Below are positions 9,985 through 19,970 of a stretch of 64,000 nt of DNA, piece by piece. The stretch is from Ostreococcus lucimarinus (taxonomy: Eukaryota). Where the stretch lies: NCBI GenBank assembly GCA_000092065.1, contig CP000586.1; one strand, 5' to 3'. The notes under the pieces are model-generated. The model did no database searches, had not been told where the DNA came from, and was given only the letters and a program-made list of their open reading frames with translations. The position numbers and the translations under genes were made by a program. Within the stretch, counting starts at the first letter, position 1. Each line of letters opens with the position of its first letter.

Positions 9985-10797
9985 GTCAAACTTCTTGAAG
10001 ACGTCCTCAAAATTCATCGCGTCCGAAGTCTCCGCGGGCGAACGCGGTCGATCGTCTCCTCGATCGTCTCCTCGATCGTCTCCTCGATCGTCCTCGTCGT
10101 CCGCGCACCCAACTTTCACGATCCGATTCGTGCGCTCGTCTATCGCGACGTCGTACAATTTCGCATCGCCGTCTCTTTCGAACTCTTTCTTCAGCCACGC
10201 AAACCATTCCTCCGGATCGGCGCCCCGTTCGAGCAGCCACGTCTGCTTCGCCGGCGGCCTCCGCGTCGCGGGGCACCCGTTATCGCAGCAATACGCGAAC
10301 GATCCGAGGTACCCTCTCTTCAAGCACGCCTCAGTCACGCGCGCGTCCCAATCGCATCGCAATCGCTCGCGAAGGTACCGCAAACGATGCTTCACGTGCG
10401 CGTCTCCGCGTCCTCGCGGCGGTCTCGCGATCGTCCCCAACATCGTCTCCGCCCCCAGAGATAGCCCCCAGCGCCCGAGCCGGCCCGCCGAAACTTTCCG
10501 CCACCAGATCTCCATCGGGTCGTCCGCGCGCACGGGGTGCGTGACGTCGACGCGCGCGTCGTCCTCGAACAACCGCACGCGATGCAGCGTCTTCGCTCGC
10601 TCCGGCGCCGCCGCGTTCGTCGCGCGCCGCATCGCGCGGCTCGCGCACCGCGCCATCAACAGCTCCGCGTCCGACAACCGCGCGACGACGCGTTCGCCGT
10701 ACACGCTCGGGTGCTCCGAGACGAACCGTTCGAGCGGCGCGCGCGCGTCGCCGTCGTCGCCGTCGTCGTCGTCGCGCGTCGTCGCGCGCGCGAACAT
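9976..10797 (-). CDS. Hypothetical protein with acidic (DDRG)4 repeat near C-terminus
   Basis: 273-aa ORF with complex composition (…WWRKVSAGRLGRWGLSLGAETMLGTIARPP…CLKRGYLGSFAYCCDNGCPATRRPPAKQTWLLERGADPEEWFAWLKKEFERDGDAKLYDVAIDERTNRIVKVGC…). Convergent with LeuRS. A 12-nt tandem repeat at 10049..10096 encodes DDRGDDRGDDRGDDRP. Confidence 0.5.
   Translation of the reverse strand: MFARATTRDDDDGDDGDARAPLERFVSEHPSVYGERVVARLSDAELLMARCASRAMRRATNAAAPERAKTLHRVRLFEDDARVDVTHPVRADDPMEIWWRKVSAGRLGRWGLSLGAETMLGTIARPPRGRGDAHVKHRLRYLRERLRCDWDARVTEACLKRGYLGSFAYCCDNGCPATRRPPAKQTWLLERGADPEEWFAWLKKEFERDGDAKLYDVAIDERTNRIVKVGCADDEDDRGDDRGDDRGDDRPRSPAETSDAMNFEDVFKKFDMK
10049..10096. repeat. 12-nt tandem repeat (CGATCGTCTCCT)x3-4, coding on minus strand for a (DDRG)n tract
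   Basis: Direct reading of cgatcgtctcct repeated three times, followed by a degenerate copy. Confidence 0.8.
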
Positions 10798-10980
10798 GTT
10801 CGAGTCGGCACTCGAATCGTCACTTCGCGACGTCGGTCGACCGCGCGCGCGTCCGACCGCGACGCGCGCATGCGAGAGGCGCTCGCGCGCGGCGCGACGC
10901 GCGGCGCGGCGTCGCGCGCGTCGAGCGCCGCGCGCGCGACGCGCTCGAGAGTGACGCGGCGACGCGCGCGCGTCTCAGCC

Positions 10981-12336
10981 ATGGCTGCGCGGGCGGCGGA
11001 CGACGCGCGCGCGCGCGCGAATTGCTTCGTCGAGAACCCGCGCGAGGGCGAGATCGCGAACGCGGACGTGGGCGGCGCGCGCGGAGGGCGGCTCCGGGGA
11101 CTGCGCGTCGCGGTGAAGGATAACGTCGCCGTGCGAGGGCTGCGCGCGGGCGCGGGGAACCCGACGTACCTCGAGACGATCGGGAAAGACGCGGCGGAGG
11201 CGCACGCGTCGTGCGCGCGCAAAGTGCTGGACGAGGGAGCGGTGTTCGTCGGGAAGACGCACATGGATGAGCTGGCGTGGAGCTTGCAGGGGGAGAATTT
11301 TCACTACGGGACGCCGAAGAACGCGCGAGGAAACGCGCCGGGGAAGATTCCAGGAGGATCGAGCAGCGGAAGCGCGTCGGCGGTGTGCAATGATTTAGCG
11401 GATATCGCGATCGGGACGGATACGATCGGGAGCGTGCGGTTGCCGGCGAGTTTTTGTGGATTGTACGGCGCGCGGCCGACGCACGGGAGGGTGGAGACGG
11501 ACGGCGTGGTGCCGTTGAGTCATAGTTTCGACACCGTGGGGTGGTTTGCGAAGGACGCGAAGACACTGCGCGTGTTGGGAGACGTTTTACTCGACCCCGA
11601 CACTAAAGACGCGGAGACGAGCGCGAAAATCGGTAAAGGGCGACTGGCGATGTGCAGCGACGCCTTTGCGCTCGTCGATCCCGCTGTGAGGCGCGAGATC
11701 CGTCAAGTTTTATCCTCAGAGGGCGTCAAACGCGTGTTCATCGAGGCGCGGGGTGGCGCGACGCCAGACGCGTTCGGGCTGGTCGATCTCATGCTCTCCG
11801 ACGTCGGTTTGACGGACAAGAGCGGGAGGAGCGCGTTGCCCCCCATAACCGAGTGGAGCGAGACTTTTCGCGTCATTCAAACCGCCGAAGTCTGGGGATC
11901 TCACGGCGCGTGGATCACCGAGCACAGACCGGAATTCGGTCCTGGAATTCGCGATAGGTTTCGTCTCGCCGAGGCCGGGGTCGACGCGGCGACCATGACG
12001 CATCACCGCGAGTTACGCGAACGCATCACCGACCATCTCGACGCGCTCCTCGCCGACGGTTCTATCTTGCTCCTTCCCGCCGCGCGCGGGCCGGCGCCGA
12101 TGGCCACCGATTACGATAGCGAAGAGTCTCTCAGTAAGCTCGCCGAGGCGCGAAACGCGGCGCTCGCGATCGGTGCTCCCGGCTCGATCGCGAGATTACC
12201 GTGCGTCGTTTTGCCCGCTATTGAAATAGCCGGCGAACCCGTCGGCTTGATGCTCATGTCCAGACGAGGCACCGACGAAGCCTTGCTTGCGTTCGCCGAG
12301 AAATTGGCGTGGGTGATCGGGCTCAAAGTTCCGTAG
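10981..12336 (+). CDS. Amidase-signature family enzyme, AMI1/Toc64-type (indole-3-acetamide hydrolase-like)
   Basis: Amidase signature: GKIPGGSSSGSASAVCNDLADIAIGTDTIGSVRLPASFCGLYGARPTHGRVETDGVVPLSHSFDTVGWFAKDAKTLRVLGDVLLD. This closely matches plant AMI1, as I recall it (…GENxHYGTPxNP…PGGSSSGSAVAVAA…SFDTVGWFARD…). Start placed at MAARAADDARARANCF (ATG at 10981). Head-to-head with the 9976..10797 gene (183 bp spacer). Confidence 0.8.
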   Translation: MAARAADDARARANCFVENPREGEIANADVGGARGGRLRGLRVAVKDNVAVRGLRAGAGNPTYLETIGKDAAEAHASCARKVLDEGAVFVGKTHMDELAWSLQGENFHYGTPKNARGNAPGKIPGGSSSGSASAVCNDLADIAIGTDTIGSVRLPASFCGLYGARPTHGRVETDGVVPLSHSFDTVGWFAKDAKTLRVLGDVLLDPDTKDAETSAKIGKGRLAMCSDAFALVDPAVRREIRQVLSSEGVKRVFIEARGGATPDAFGLVDLMLSDVGLTDKSGRSALPPITEWSETFRVIQTAEVWGSHGAWITEHRPEFGPGIRDRFRLAEAGVDAATMTHHRELRERITDHLDALLADGSILLLPAARGPAPMATDYDSEESLSKLAEARNAALAIGAPGSIARLPCVVLPAIEIAGEPVGLMLMSRRGTDEALLAFAEKLAWVIGLKVP

Positions 12337-12444
12337 AGTCGCGCGTCTGGCGCGCGCGCGATGAGCTGTAATGATGAATACGACGACGCGTAAAACGTGT
12401 TTCGTTTCAGTTTTCTATTACAACGCGTTGGTCGTTCGGTCTTC

Positions 12445-13416
12445 CTAAGGGATTTCGAAGTAAGAATTATCTAAGGGATGAATTCTAACGTAACCATCCT
12501 CCCCGCCACTCGTGAACGAGCGACCATCGGGATTGAACGCCAGGGCGTTGATCGGACCGAAGTGTCCGCGAATGCCGCCGATTTCCTCTTCAAAAATCTT
12601 GTGGTAAATTTTAGAGTCAAACTTCCCCGCCTTTGAGCTCGTCGTCGTCACCGCCATCGCGTCTTGACCACCACCGAGCACGATGTGATCTCTAATCGGC
12701 GATAAAATCGCCGCGTTCACCGGACGATCCGCGCTGTACGTCTTCAGGCACTCCAACGTCTCGCTGTCGAACACCTTCGCCGTCTTATCCAACGACGCGC
12801 TGATAAAGTGCGAGCCATCGTCGCTCATCACCAAATGCTGAATCTGCTTCGAATGTTCCTGCGACATCTTCAAGACATCACCCGTCTCGACGTCCCAACT
12901 TCGAATGATCCCGTCCTCGCCCCCCGTGACGACTGTCTTGTTCAGCGGTCCCCACATCACGCGCGTCACCCGCCCTTGCGGTCCCTCAATCCTCTTCACC
13001 ACCTCCCCTCGCTGCGCCGCTCGATCCCCGAGATTCACATTCACGATATGTATCGCGCTCGGCACTCCCATGAACGGATCCGTCGTGATCGCGCACTGCG
13101 TCCCTCCCGCGTTCAGCGCCACCGCCCGCACCGGCTGGTCGAACTCAAACGTAAAGTAACACTCCCCCGTCTTCGTGTCCCACAGCTTCGCCGTCGTGTC
13201 CGCGCTCCCGGTGACGAGCGTCGACGAGTCATCGCTCACGTCGCACGTCCACACCGCGCCGTTGTGTCCGACGTACGTCCCGACGCGTTCGCCGTTATCG
13301 CCGTACCACAGCGTCGGGTGATGATCCTTCGCGCACGTGAACAGCAGATCGCCCTCGCGGTTGTACTTGATGAACGTCAGCGGGCGCTCGTGGCCCTTGA
13401 GCAGGATGGGGCGCAT
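12445..13416 (-). CDS. EIF3I: Eukaryotic translation initiation factor 3 subunit I (eIF3i/TRIP-1), WD40
   Basis: [61 protein letters not shown] aligns nearly residue-for-residue with the human eIF3i N-terminus ([31 protein letters not shown]…). The C-terminus ([33 protein letters not shown]) also matches. Confidence 0.9.
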   Translation of the reverse strand: [323 protein letters not shown]

Positions 13417-13604
13417 GTCGCTCGATCCGTCGGCGTCGCTCGCGCGCGCGCGGCCTCGCGTCGGCGCGTGCGGCGCGACGCGCGGTCGCCGTCGAGGGTT
13501 TGCGCGCGCCGCCGTCGCGACGGTTCGTGTTTTACGCGAGTCTCGAGACGCGTCGCGTCCGCCCGCGACGATTCGAATCGTCGCGCTAAAAATACGCGCG
13601 CGCG

Positions 13605-15395
13605 ATGGCGACGGCGACGGCGACGCGCGCGAGCGACGACGCGTTCGAGTACCGCGCGCGGCGAACGAGCGCGGGGGGGTATTATCGCCCGACGGCGTCG
13701 AGCGATGGACGCGCGGGCGCGACGTACGAGGTCGCGGAACGCGGCGGCGAGCACGCGGAGGAAGAGACGAGGACGCGGAGGTTCGACACGGCGTCGGCGC
13801 GCGGCGTGACGACGTTCGACGCGCGGACGTGCGAGGCGATCGAGTTCGTGCCGATCGACGCGTGGTCGCGGGATAAGGCGAATTTTGAAAAGTTGCGGTC
13901 GATGCGAACGTTTCGACTGCACAGACTGTGGAAGGCGTTCGCGACGATGCGCGCGCACGCGCGAAGGAGAAAGTTTCGGCGCGCGCGCGCGCGGTTTAAG
14001 GAATCGTCCGCGATTTACGGTGATGCGTTCGCGGGATACGCCGTTCCGACGATGATGCGCGTGTACGACGCGTGTCACTCGATCGCGCGAGACGCGCGCG
14101 TGTTTCGGCGCGAGGAAGCGCCGGCGACGAAGGTCGAAGAATCGTACGAGTTCGACGACGAAGCGAATCTCGCGCCGGCGACGTACGACGCGCGAGCTCT
14201 GTTCGAGACTCTGCTACGACTCGCAAACGAAGGCTCGACGCACATTCGTGACGTCGCGTCGGCGATTTCCAGCGATGTGGAAATCGCCAAAGACGCGATC
14301 GAGCGACGATTTCTCGCCGATTTGGATGAGCGTCTACAGCCCATGATCGCGGCGACGAAGCGGTACCGTCGACGATCGAGCGGAACGAACGGTGGAAAGC
14401 CAGCGCTCGCGCCCACGATCGGCGACGATCGACTTGTGACGGCGTCAGAGTCGAGAGACGCGTATCCTTACACCGAGCGCGCGCTCGTGGCGGCGCTTCG
14501 AATGAAGCTGGAATCTTTCGAGCGCTCGATTTGGATGTGTTTTCGAGTCGCGATTTCGCGCGCGAGAGACGCATCGCTCGAAGAACTCACCGCGTACGTG
14601 AGGGATGCGCGTTCGTCGGAGTCAGCGATATTTCAAACCACGTTTGATTTCGAAACGTCCGCGCTCGTACCGAGCTCGGATGCGTTCGAGCGAGCGATTC
14701 GAGACGGCGCCGCCGCCTGGACGTCGTCCTCGCTCGGCGAGCGCGTCGGCGACGCCGTCGATTTGCGCTCGCTCGAGGATGAAGAGTTTGAAAATCGCAT
14801 CGATAAATTTTGTGACCTCGTCCGCGACACGTTCGCGAGCGCGCAAGAGGCGTTGCTGGTCGTCGAGACGCGGTTGCGCGAAAAATCGCCAGACGCCGTC
14901 GCGGACGCAGACGGAGGCGATGACGAATCGTCGATGATTGAACGTTTGAGCGAGATCGTGGCGCGTTCGAATGCGTTCAAGAAGGAAGTCGACGCGTTGC
15001 CAGGATCGATTCGTCCGAACGACGGCGCGATCGCCGTGGACATCGTATCGCTGAAGCGCGCTTTGAAACCGGTGGCGTCGGCGACGATTGACTCCGCGTG
15101 CCGAACCGCCGTGGATTGGGCGGCCGAACGCGCGCAGACGATCGCGCAGAAGTTCACGCGCGTGAAAACCCTCGATGATAACGACGATGAGACCAAGTTG
15201 AGTAAGATCCGTGATCTCCGCGACGAGGCGCGAGAGCTCGAGAATGTGCATTTGGCGATGAAACGACTCGGCGCAAACATTCCGGATTTCGACCGCGCGG
15301 CGTTCAAAGGCGTCGTGGAGGAGATCGAAAACGCGCTCGCGGGTGACGACGGTGGCTACGAAAAAGATGAAACAAAGCACGGCGGCGATCGTTGA
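13605..15395 (+). CDS. Hypothetical protein (596 aa), predominantly alpha-helical/acidic
   Basis: Long ORF with complex composition and no recognised family. Head-to-head with eIF3i (188 bp spacer). A TGTAA element at 15466..15470 lies downstream of the stop. Confidence 0.55.
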   Translation: MATATATRASDDAFEYRARRTSAGGYYRPTASSDGRAGATYEVAERGGEHAEEETRTRRFDTASARGVTTFDARTCEAIEFVPIDAWSRDKANFEKLRSMRTFRLHRLWKAFATMRAHARRRKFRRARARFKESSAIYGDAFAGYAVPTMMRVYDACHSIARDARVFRREEAPATKVEESYEFDDEANLAPATYDARALFETLLRLANEGSTHIRDVASAISSDVEIAKDAIERRFLADLDERLQPMIAATKRYRRRSSGTNGGKPALAPTIGDDRLVTASESRDAYPYTERALVAALRMKLESFERSIWMCFRVAISRARDASLEELTAYVRDARSSESAIFQTTFDFETSALVPSSDAFERAIRDGAAAWTSSSLGERVGDAVDLRSLEDEEFENRIDKFCDLVRDTFASAQEALLVVETRLREKSPDAVADADGGDDESSMIERLSEIVARSNAFKKEVDALPGSIRPNDGAIAVDIVSLKRALKPVASATIDSACRTAVDWAAERAQTIAQKFTRVKTLDDNDDETKLSKIRDLRDEARELENVHLAMKRLGANIPDFDRAAFKGVVEEIENALAGDDGGYEKDETKHGGDR

Positions 15396-15477
15396 AGTGC
15401 TCTAATGTACTCGTGTTGTGTTACAAGACGTCAGCCCCGCGTACTAAAATTAGCGGTCTGTTATTTGTAAATACGAC

Positions 15478-16563
15478 TCACTCGGGATCGTCAAACGGAT
15501 CGAACCCATCGTCCAGAGTCCGCAACGTCGTGTTTTCGCTGTGCGTGTCGCCCAACATATCCTCAAGTCCGCGCTCCGCGGCGTCAAATTCTTCGAGTAA
15601 AGATCGCACGACGCGTCCTCGAGGCCTCGGCGCCGACGAGTCGTCGGCGCCGATTTGACGAGTTCTTCGCGCCTTGAACGGCGTCGCCGGGCACGCCGGC
15701 GCGCTATTCCTCGCGCTAGGCGACGAAGGCGGCGTTCCATACGTATACCCTTCGGCACCGTCACCCATCGTCGCCGTCGCCGCCGGCATCGCCATCGTCG
15801 CCTCGCGCGTCTCCTCGTCTCCCGACTCGCCCCCGAGCGTCGGCGTCCCTCCCGAGCGTTCCGGGCTCTCCAACCCTCCACCGCCCCCGACGCTCGCGCG
15901 CACCGCGACGGGCGACCACAGCGTATCCCCGCCCGCCATCGGCGCTCGAACGACGCTCTCCGGCGTCTCCTTCCCTCGCCCAGCCCCCCCCCCTCGGTCC
16001 GCCGCGCGCGGCGTCGGCGTCGTCATCATCGCCGCCGCCCGTCGTTTCTCCCCGACCCCACCCTTCGCCCGATCCATCGCCCGCGTCGGCGTCGACGCAT
16101 CCCGCGCCATCGCGCCGTCCCGCTCGCGCCGCATCGTCCCGTCTCCGCGCGTCGGCGTCCCGTCCATCGTCGATCCGGTCTCGCCCGCGCGTAATCGTCC
16201 GATCGCGTCGACCGCCCGCGCGTGATCGTCCGCGCCTTCGTCGCGCGCCGGTCTCGCGCGCGATCGAGATTCGCGCGGTTCGAGGCGCCCGCGCGGTTCG
16301 ACGACGCGCGCCGGTCTCGCGCGCGCGCGTCGCGGTGTGCCCAATCGCGTCGGCGCCGCTGACAATCCGCGTTTCCCGCGCTTTCGGGCGTCGTCTCTCA
16401 TGGGCCAAACCTTCGCTTCTGTGCGTCCTTCGCCGGGATTTATGTTTCGCTGTTCTGACGGGTCGTGACTCGACGGGTCGTGACATCTAGGGTTTGCAGA
16501 AGCCGCGGTCGATGTCGGCGGTCGAGCCCTCGCGGGCGGCGCCACACGACGACGCGACGCCAT
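15478..16563 (-). CDS. Low-complexity Pro/Arg/Gly-rich hypothetical protein; true start probably internal (e.g. ATG at 16401)
   Basis: ORF ends with a non-repetitive tail, LLEEFDAAERGLEDMLGDTHSENTTLRTLDDGFDPFDDPE. The remainder is disordered and Arg-rich. It could be an open-frame artefact of GC-rich DNA. Convergent with the 13605..15395 gene. Confidence 0.3.
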   Translation of the reverse strand: MASRRRVAPPARARPPTSTAASANPRCHDPSSHDPSEQRNINPGEGRTEAKVWPMRDDARKRGKRGLSAAPTRLGTPRRARARPARVVEPRGRLEPRESRSRARPARDEGADDHARAVDAIGRLRAGETGSTMDGTPTRGDGTMRRERDGAMARDASTPTRAMDRAKGGVGEKRRAAAMMTTPTPRAADRGGGAGRGKETPESVVRAPMAGGDTLWSPVAVRASVGGGGGLESPERSGGTPTLGGESGDEETREATMAMPAATATMGDGAEGYTYGTPPSSPSARNSAPACPATPFKARRTRQIGADDSSAPRPRGRVVRSLLEEFDAAERGLEDMLGDTHSENTTLRTLDDGFDPFDDPE

Positions 16564-18275
16564 GGCTCACGCGCTCGCGCGCGCGCGCGCGCCCGCGTCG
16601 CGAGGACGCGCGCCGGCGCGCGCGTCCGCGCCGGCGACCGCGCGACGATGCGTCGCGCGCGCGGCGCCGATCGCCGCGCGCGAAAAGGCTGCGCGCCGCG
16701 TCGCGATCGCGACGCGCGCGAGCGCGGACGCGCGCGGTGAATACGCGTCGCTCGGACAAGTGTGCGCGGGTACGATGAGAGCGCGCGATGCGAGGGCGCG
16801 AGGACGCGAACGCGCGCGGTCGGGGGGAGGGAGGACGGGACGCGGGCGAACGCGACCCTACGCGGCGAGCGGGACGAGACGCGAAGGCGAAGCGACGACG
16901 GCCGCGACGATGGAGGGAGGCCGAGGGATTCGAACGCGCGCGCGCGGTGAACGAAGCACGAGGCGATGGGCGCGCGGGGACTGACGGAGAGATTGATGCG
17001 TTTGCGTCGCGCGCGACAGTGCTCGGAAGCCAGTGGGGCGACGAGGGCAAGGGGAAATTAGTGGATATTTTGGCGCGCGAATACGACGTCGTGGCGAGAT
17101 GTCAAGGCGGTGCGAACGCGGGTCACACTATTTATGACGATGATGGGAAGAAGTACGCGCTGCATCTCGTTCCGAGCGGGATTTTGAATGAAAACGCGAC
17201 GTGCGTCGTCGGCAACGGCGTCGTGGTGCACCTTCCGGGGATGTTTGATGAGATTGACGCTTTATTAAAGGCTGGTGTGGACGCTCGAGGGCGTATGATG
17301 GTGTCTGATCGCGCGCATTTGTTGTTCGATCTTCATAAAGAAATCGATGGCTTGCGCGAGGCGGAGTTGAGTGGGAATAAAATCGGTACGACGAAGCGCG
17401 GCATCGGTCCCGCGTACGCCTCCAAAGCGACGCGCAACGGGGTTCGTTTGGGGGATATTCGAGACGCCGATAAGTTTGCGAACGCTTTGCGCACGCTTGC
17501 GGCGGACGCGGCGGCTCGATTCGATGGTTTCGAGTACGATGTCGAGGCGGAGATTGTGCGATACAGAGAAATCGCGTCGCGCATCGAGCCGTTCATCGCG
17601 GACACGGTCGAGTACGTCAACGACGCGCACAGGAACGGGAAGAAGATCTTAGTCGAGGGTGCGAACGCGACCATGCTTGATTTGGATTTCGGTACGTATC
17701 CGTTCGTGACGTCCTCCAACCCAGCGATTGGTGGCGTTAGCAATGGCCTCGGTTTGGCGCCGAGAAAGTTTGAAACCATCATCGGCGTCGCCAAGGCGTA
17801 CACCACGCGCGTCGGTGCGGGTCCGTACCCGACTGAACTTTTCGGTGACGTCGCCGATAAACTCCGCGAACTCGGCTACGAGTACGGCACCACCACCGGT
17901 CGCCCTCGTCGCATCGGTTGGTTGGACATGGTGGCGTTGAACTACGCCAACCAAATCAACGGCTTCACGCACTTGAATATCACCAAGCTCGACGTATTGA
18001 GCGAGATGGACGAGCTCAAAATCGGCGTCGCCTACGAGCTTCCTAACGGAAAGACCACGACTGCGTTCCCGGCCGACATCGCCACCTTGGAAAATGTCAA
18101 GGTGGTTTACGAAACCTTGCCCGGTTGGAAAACCGACATCGCAAACGTGCGCTCTTGGGACGACATGCCCGAAAACGCCAAAAAGTACATTCTTCGCTGC
18201 GAGGAGCTCTCGGGCGTCGAGTGTCGCTACATTGGCGTCGGCCCGGGTCGCGACGCCATGGTAATTAAACCGTAA
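16562..18275 (+). CDS. Adenylosuccinate synthetase, plastid-type. Two exons: 16562..16769 (transit peptide plus first conserved residues) and 17020..18275
   Basis: Exon 2 carries the whole AdSS domain ([37 protein letters not shown] … [14 protein letters not shown] … [13 protein letters not shown] …). Exon 1 encodes a classic Ala/Arg/Ser transit peptide ([69 protein letters not shown]). Splicing 16769^17020 (phase 1) yields …[21 protein letters not shown]. This matches the plant PURA junction …[20 protein letters not shown], as I recall it. The unspliced frame of the track ORF 16788.. instead gives an acidic, non-conserved N-terminus. Confidence 0.85.
16770..17019 (+). other. Spliceosomal intron (250 nt) of adenylosuccinate synthetase: donor GTACGA, branch GGGACTGACGG at 16977..16987, acceptor CGACAG
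   Basis: Frame change between the transit-peptide ORF (frame of 16562) and the AdSS ORF (frame of 16788). Only this donor/acceptor pair restores the conserved junction. The ACTGAC branch motif sits 37 nt upstream of the AG. Confidence 0.55.
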
Positions 18276-18402
18276 TCGTAATAATACCAGTACTTTCGGA
18301 CGTACAACGCGCGCGCGCGTTCGCCGACCTCGCCCCGCCGCACACCACGCCGCTTCTCGCGTCGCCCGACCCGCGACGCCCGACTCGAGCGCTCAAGTCA
18401 CG

Positions 18403-19218
18403 ATGTCGTCTTTCACCGTCTCTTCGGCGTCGCGCGTCACCGCGCGCGCCGCGACGCGCGTCGCGTCGACGCGCGTCCGCGCGAAAACCTCAAAGTTCGC
18501 GTTCGCCGGCGATCGTCGCCCACGCCGCGACGTCGCGCGCTTCGCGAGCGCCGCGGGCGGCGCCGAGGGCGCGGACCCGTACGCCGTGCTCGGCGTCAAG
18601 CCGGACGCGGACGCGCTGGCGGTGAAGAAGGCGTATAACAGCAAGCAAATGCTGTACAAGGGCGAGGGCGACAAGCTCGCGGCGGTCGAGCGGGCGTACG
18701 AAGCCATCCTGCAAGCTGGCCTGAGCGCGCGATTGAGCGGCAAGGGCGCGGTTGACACGAACGTGCGATTCGCGGATAAGGTGATCCGATCGAAGTGGGC
18801 GCCGCGACCGTGTCCGTCGCCGATGAAGGACGTCGTGGTCAATTACGGATTGACGATGGGGTGCGCGCTCGTCACGCTGGTGACGCCGCCGAACATGCGA
18901 ACGCTGCAAGTGACCATCTTCGCCGCGCTTTTGATGGTGTTCAGGTTCTTTGTGAAACTCGTGGACGTCGATCCGGGTCCTAACGCCGTGCTCGATCCGC
19001 CGGCGGCGCAAAAGCATAACAACGCGAGATTTGCGAGATCCTTCGGCGTCGTCTTGGGGACGTTTGTCGCCACGTTGTTCGTCACGTTTTGGTTGCCGCA
19101 GTTCTTCATCGAGGTGTTGGGGCTGACTGTGCCGGCGTGGGTCATGTTGCACCAGGAAGTTTTCGTGAGCTCTGCGTGCGGGTTCGTCTTAGCGTCGCTC
19201 GTGAGCTTTTATCGATGA
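18403..19218 (+). CDS. Chloroplast-targeted J-like domain membrane protein (tentatively CPP1/CDF1-like)
   Basis: Transit-peptide-like N-terminus (MSSFTVSSASRVTARAATRVASTRVRAKTSKFAFAG). J-like domain lacking HPD (DPYAVLGVKPDADALAVKKAYNSKQMLYKGEGDKLAAVERAYEAI). Three or four C-terminal hydrophobic helices follow. Assignment to the CPP1 family is by architecture only. Confidence 0.6.
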   Translation: MSSFTVSSASRVTARAATRVASTRVRAKTSKFAFAGDRRPRRDVARFASAAGGAEGADPYAVLGVKPDADALAVKKAYNSKQMLYKGEGDKLAAVERAYEAILQAGLSARLSGKGAVDTNVRFADKVIRSKWAPRPCPSPMKDVVVNYGLTMGCALVTLVTPPNMRTLQVTIFAALLMVFRFFVKLVDVDPGPNAVLDPPAAQKHNNARFARSFGVVLGTFVATLFVTFWLPQFFIEVLGLTVPAWVMLHQEVFVSSACGFVLASLVSFYR

Positions 19219-19271
19219 GCGTTGTGTAATATCCGACGTCGCGCTTCACATCTCGACTCTCAGCGCCCGAC

Positions 19272-19970
19272 ATGACTTTCTCCTTTGCTTTAGCGTCGTC
19301 CGACCGTTTCGTTCACATTTCTCGCACATCGTCGCCGCAACGCGTCCGAGCGGCCGTTCGCACGAGCGCATCGCACCGCGGCGACCGCCTCGTCGCCGAC
19401 CGTTCACACGTGACGTTCAAGGACCCCACGACGGAACGTTGGACGATGGTGTATCAGGTCAACCTCCCCGCTTCGAACATGGGCTTGGAGTTCAAAGACG
19501 TCGGCTATGGACCACCGGTGGTTGCAAATATTCCACCAGGCGGATACGCGGCTGCGTACACAGACATCAAGGTGGGAGACGTGTTACTTCGTTGCTCGGC
19601 GCTCGAAATCGACGTACATCACCCACACGTAAAGCCGAGAAAGTTTGAATTCGACGCGCTCGAACCCACGCCGACGGGTCGCTTGCCGTCTTTCGAGACG
19701 TGCATGAATGCGTTGAGATCGACGGCGGTGTACTCGGCCGGTTTCAAACATCTTGAGGTCACGTGCGAGTTCAAGCGCGACATCGACGATCGTGCAGAGC
19801 ACGAGGATTACGCGCGTTTGATGGAAACGATGACACGCGTGGGAAGACTCGAAGCCGATCGAGAAAACGCGGGTGACTACGGCCCGCGCGCGCCGGGCGA
19901 GCACCCCGAAGGCACGCCGAGTGAACCTCTTTACGTCCCCGACGATGGAACGTACCCCGTCGACGATTGA
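19272..19970 (+). CDS. Hypothetical protein with PDZ-like segment and Ser/Arg-rich presequence
   Basis: 232-aa ORF. The segment LGLEFKDVGYGPPVVANIPPGGYAAAYTDIKVGDVLLRCSA resembles a PDZ fold. N-terminus is MTFSFALASSDRFVHISRTSSPQRVRAAVRTSASHRG. Confidence 0.5.
   Translation: MTFSFALASSDRFVHISRTSSPQRVRAAVRTSASHRGDRLVADRSHVTFKDPTTERWTMVYQVNLPASNMGLEFKDVGYGPPVVANIPPGGYAAAYTDIKVGDVLLRCSALEIDVHHPHVKPRKFEFDALEPTPTGRLPSFETCMNALRSTAVYSAGFKHLEVTCEFKRDIDDRAEHEDYARLMETMTRVGRLEADRENAGDYGPRAPGEHPEGTPSEPLYVPDDGTYPVDD

Noticed and set aside
16924-16935. GGGATTCGAACG inside the AdSS intron, resembling the reverse complement of a tRNA B-box (GGTTCGAATCC)
   Set aside because: The flanking sequence cannot form a T-stem or acceptor stem. 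No A-box at the expected distance. Judged a chance match.
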